This document shows, piece by piece, positions 62,257 to 64,000 of a DNA stretch of 64,000 nucleotides (position 1 is its first letter; each line of letters opens with the position of its first letter). The notes beneath the pieces were generated by a model. It was given only the letters and a program-made list of their open reading frames with translations, was not told where the DNA came from and did no database searches. Made by a program: the position numbers and the translations under genes. The DNA is taken from NCBI GenBank assembly GCA_037447605.1, contig CM074814.1, forward strand, positions 1,364,001-1,428,000, written 5' to 3'. Origin of the DNA: Zygnema circumcarinatum SAG 698-1b. Lineage: Eukaryota > Plantae > Zygnematophyceae.

Positions 62257-63761
62257 TCACATGCTGCCCTTTTCTTGATGCCTCAAGTCCCACTTCTGTC
62301 GAGTGTGCTTCACTATCCATGGATGCGTCAAAACCTTCGAGAGCGGCAGCCTCTCCTCTGTGCCTCGCACAAGCAGCTGCGGTTTCTTGCAAGCAAGTAC
62401 GGAAAAGCGATGTTGTCAGACTCCAGAAATTGACTTTGTTCAACACGGCTTTGCGCTGAAACTTGACCCGCCCATTGACAAAGACCTTGCTGATCGTATC
62501 AAGCACCAGCTTCTCGTGTTACACGTGAAAAACTTCCAGTTTAAGGTTCAAGCAACGTCAGATTCCACATCTCAAAGGAAGACACAAGAAACCAACATTG
62601 GTACGCGTAAGAAATGTAAACTAATGATGAAAAATCGAGATAATCACGCAAACATTGAGCGTGGAAGTCTTGGAACTACCGCGCTGTGAAAGACAGACTC
62701 ACCTTTGAAATAAGGTCCTTCGCATCATTGCTCACTTCTGGCCGTGGTGGAAAGTGGAGGTCAACTTGAATTATGCTGTCGAAAAGAATACAGAACACTG
62801 AATAAGGAAACGTAGACAGTCCATGCTTTTTTAGACGGCATTTTTCCAGTAAGACAAATATTATATAAAGAACAACAAGAAGTGAAGTATATTAAGTTGC
62901 CATGTTTGCAATTTACGCCGTTGAGCATGAAACCTGACATTTAGTACAAATAGGCAGTTGAGCTCACGACATAACCAGAGTGTGTTAAAGCTTACCGCTT
63001 GTATGTTTCAGTATGTCCTTCCGCCTCAAATGGTGGTAATCCGTAGAGAAACTCATAGCAGAGAACGCCCAAGCTCCAGATGTCCACACTTGCGTCATGC
63101 TCCTCATACTCAACTGCCATTTGTGAAGTCAAAATAGGAGCACGAATCGTCGGCTTGATGTAATCTTACAGCAGAGACAATGGAAAAAATTGAGCAACAG
63201 GCCTCCGCAGCTTTTGCTTACAAAAGCAAAGTTTCAAGATCAGACACACGGTTAGAACAAGCAGTTTCTATAAAGTACCGATAGCCTCAGCAAGTTGAGC
63301 CTTTCATACCCATTTCTGGGGGAAGATAGTCCAAAGTCCCGCACAGAGTCTGTCGTCGACTGTTTGGCGTATGAACCGACCAGCCAAAATCTGAAATTTT
63401 CAAGTCACCCTGCAAAACATATCGCAAGCTCAGCGTCTGAAGGGGGAAGACACTTTTGACGACTGCCCATACTGTAAATCTCATGTTCATGCCAATCCAC
63501 TACAGAAGAAGAAGTAGTAGTAGATTGTCCCATCTTCCTGACAGAATCTGGAGCCATTGTGGCTGTGGGGGAAGATGGTCCTTGTTAAACAATTGAGTCT
63601 TTATCCGTTGTCTTTTGGTCAACCCAGTGCATTAGGCTATGGTGGAAGAAGACAGTAGCACTTACATCCGCGCTGATGAGGAGATTTTCAGGTTTGATGT
63701 CTCTGTGAATCACGTGCTTGGAATGGCAATATTGAAGAGCTCTTGCCAAAGAGGCAATATA
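62257..63761 (-). CDS. AUR: Aurora serine/threonine kinase, 3' half (5' exons beyond window)
   Basis: Exons read [28 protein letters not shown]|[33 protein letters not shown]|..[31 protein letters not shown]|[24 protein letters not shown]|[21 protein letters not shown]. Stop at 62257. Confidence 0.93.
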
Positions 63762-64000
63762 CTGTACAAGTCACAGCAAGATGGGATTACCATTTGTCAA
63801 TCCGCTGTTGCATAGAAAACAGCGAGCTGGATTTGTGGATAACATGTTTGCTGCTATAAGTTGTGTGGGAACTACGTCACTCAGCATTGTACAAGCACTT
63901 TAGCTCCACAGGAAAGCACCTCCCAAATTCTTATATATTTATGTGAAAACCCGTTCTGAAACAACTTCTGACGCAGCATTTTGGTTAAATACCAAAACTG

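Overview
Gene-dense eukaryotic nuclear DNA from a streptophyte. The gene set is plant-like and introns are mostly short GT-AG; some non-angiosperm-like genes suggest an early-diverging land plant or charophyte alga, which is inference. Hand-spliced gene models, left to right: RAY1-like arabinofuranosyltransferase (5' truncated, +); an 84-aa single-pass membrane protein missed by the ORF track (+); EDM2-like PHD/methyltransferase-like protein (-); a DUF1853-like putative nuclease (+) with tRNA-Ala(AGC) in its probable first intron; two identical convergent tRNA-Ile(AAT); F-box/LRR (+); EMSY-like ENT/Agenet protein (-); HAKAI E3 ligase (+); SUT4-like sucrose transporter (+); tonoplast monosaccharide transporter TMT/TST (+); a hidden 5-exon PAN/Apple-domain cell-surface protein gene (-) whose first intron is almost entirely a 1.65-kb (GA)n tract; DNA polymerase eta of the Rad30-like type (+); and an Aurora kinase (5' truncated, -). 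Intergenic DNA holds two related MITEs with AAT target-site duplications, a 1.9-kb inverted-terminus element with a nested probable solo LTR, a GGCAT/GGGAT satellite with higher-order structure, and several CT microsatellites. Splice sites and family assignments were made by eye and from memory of the families; no database search was run.
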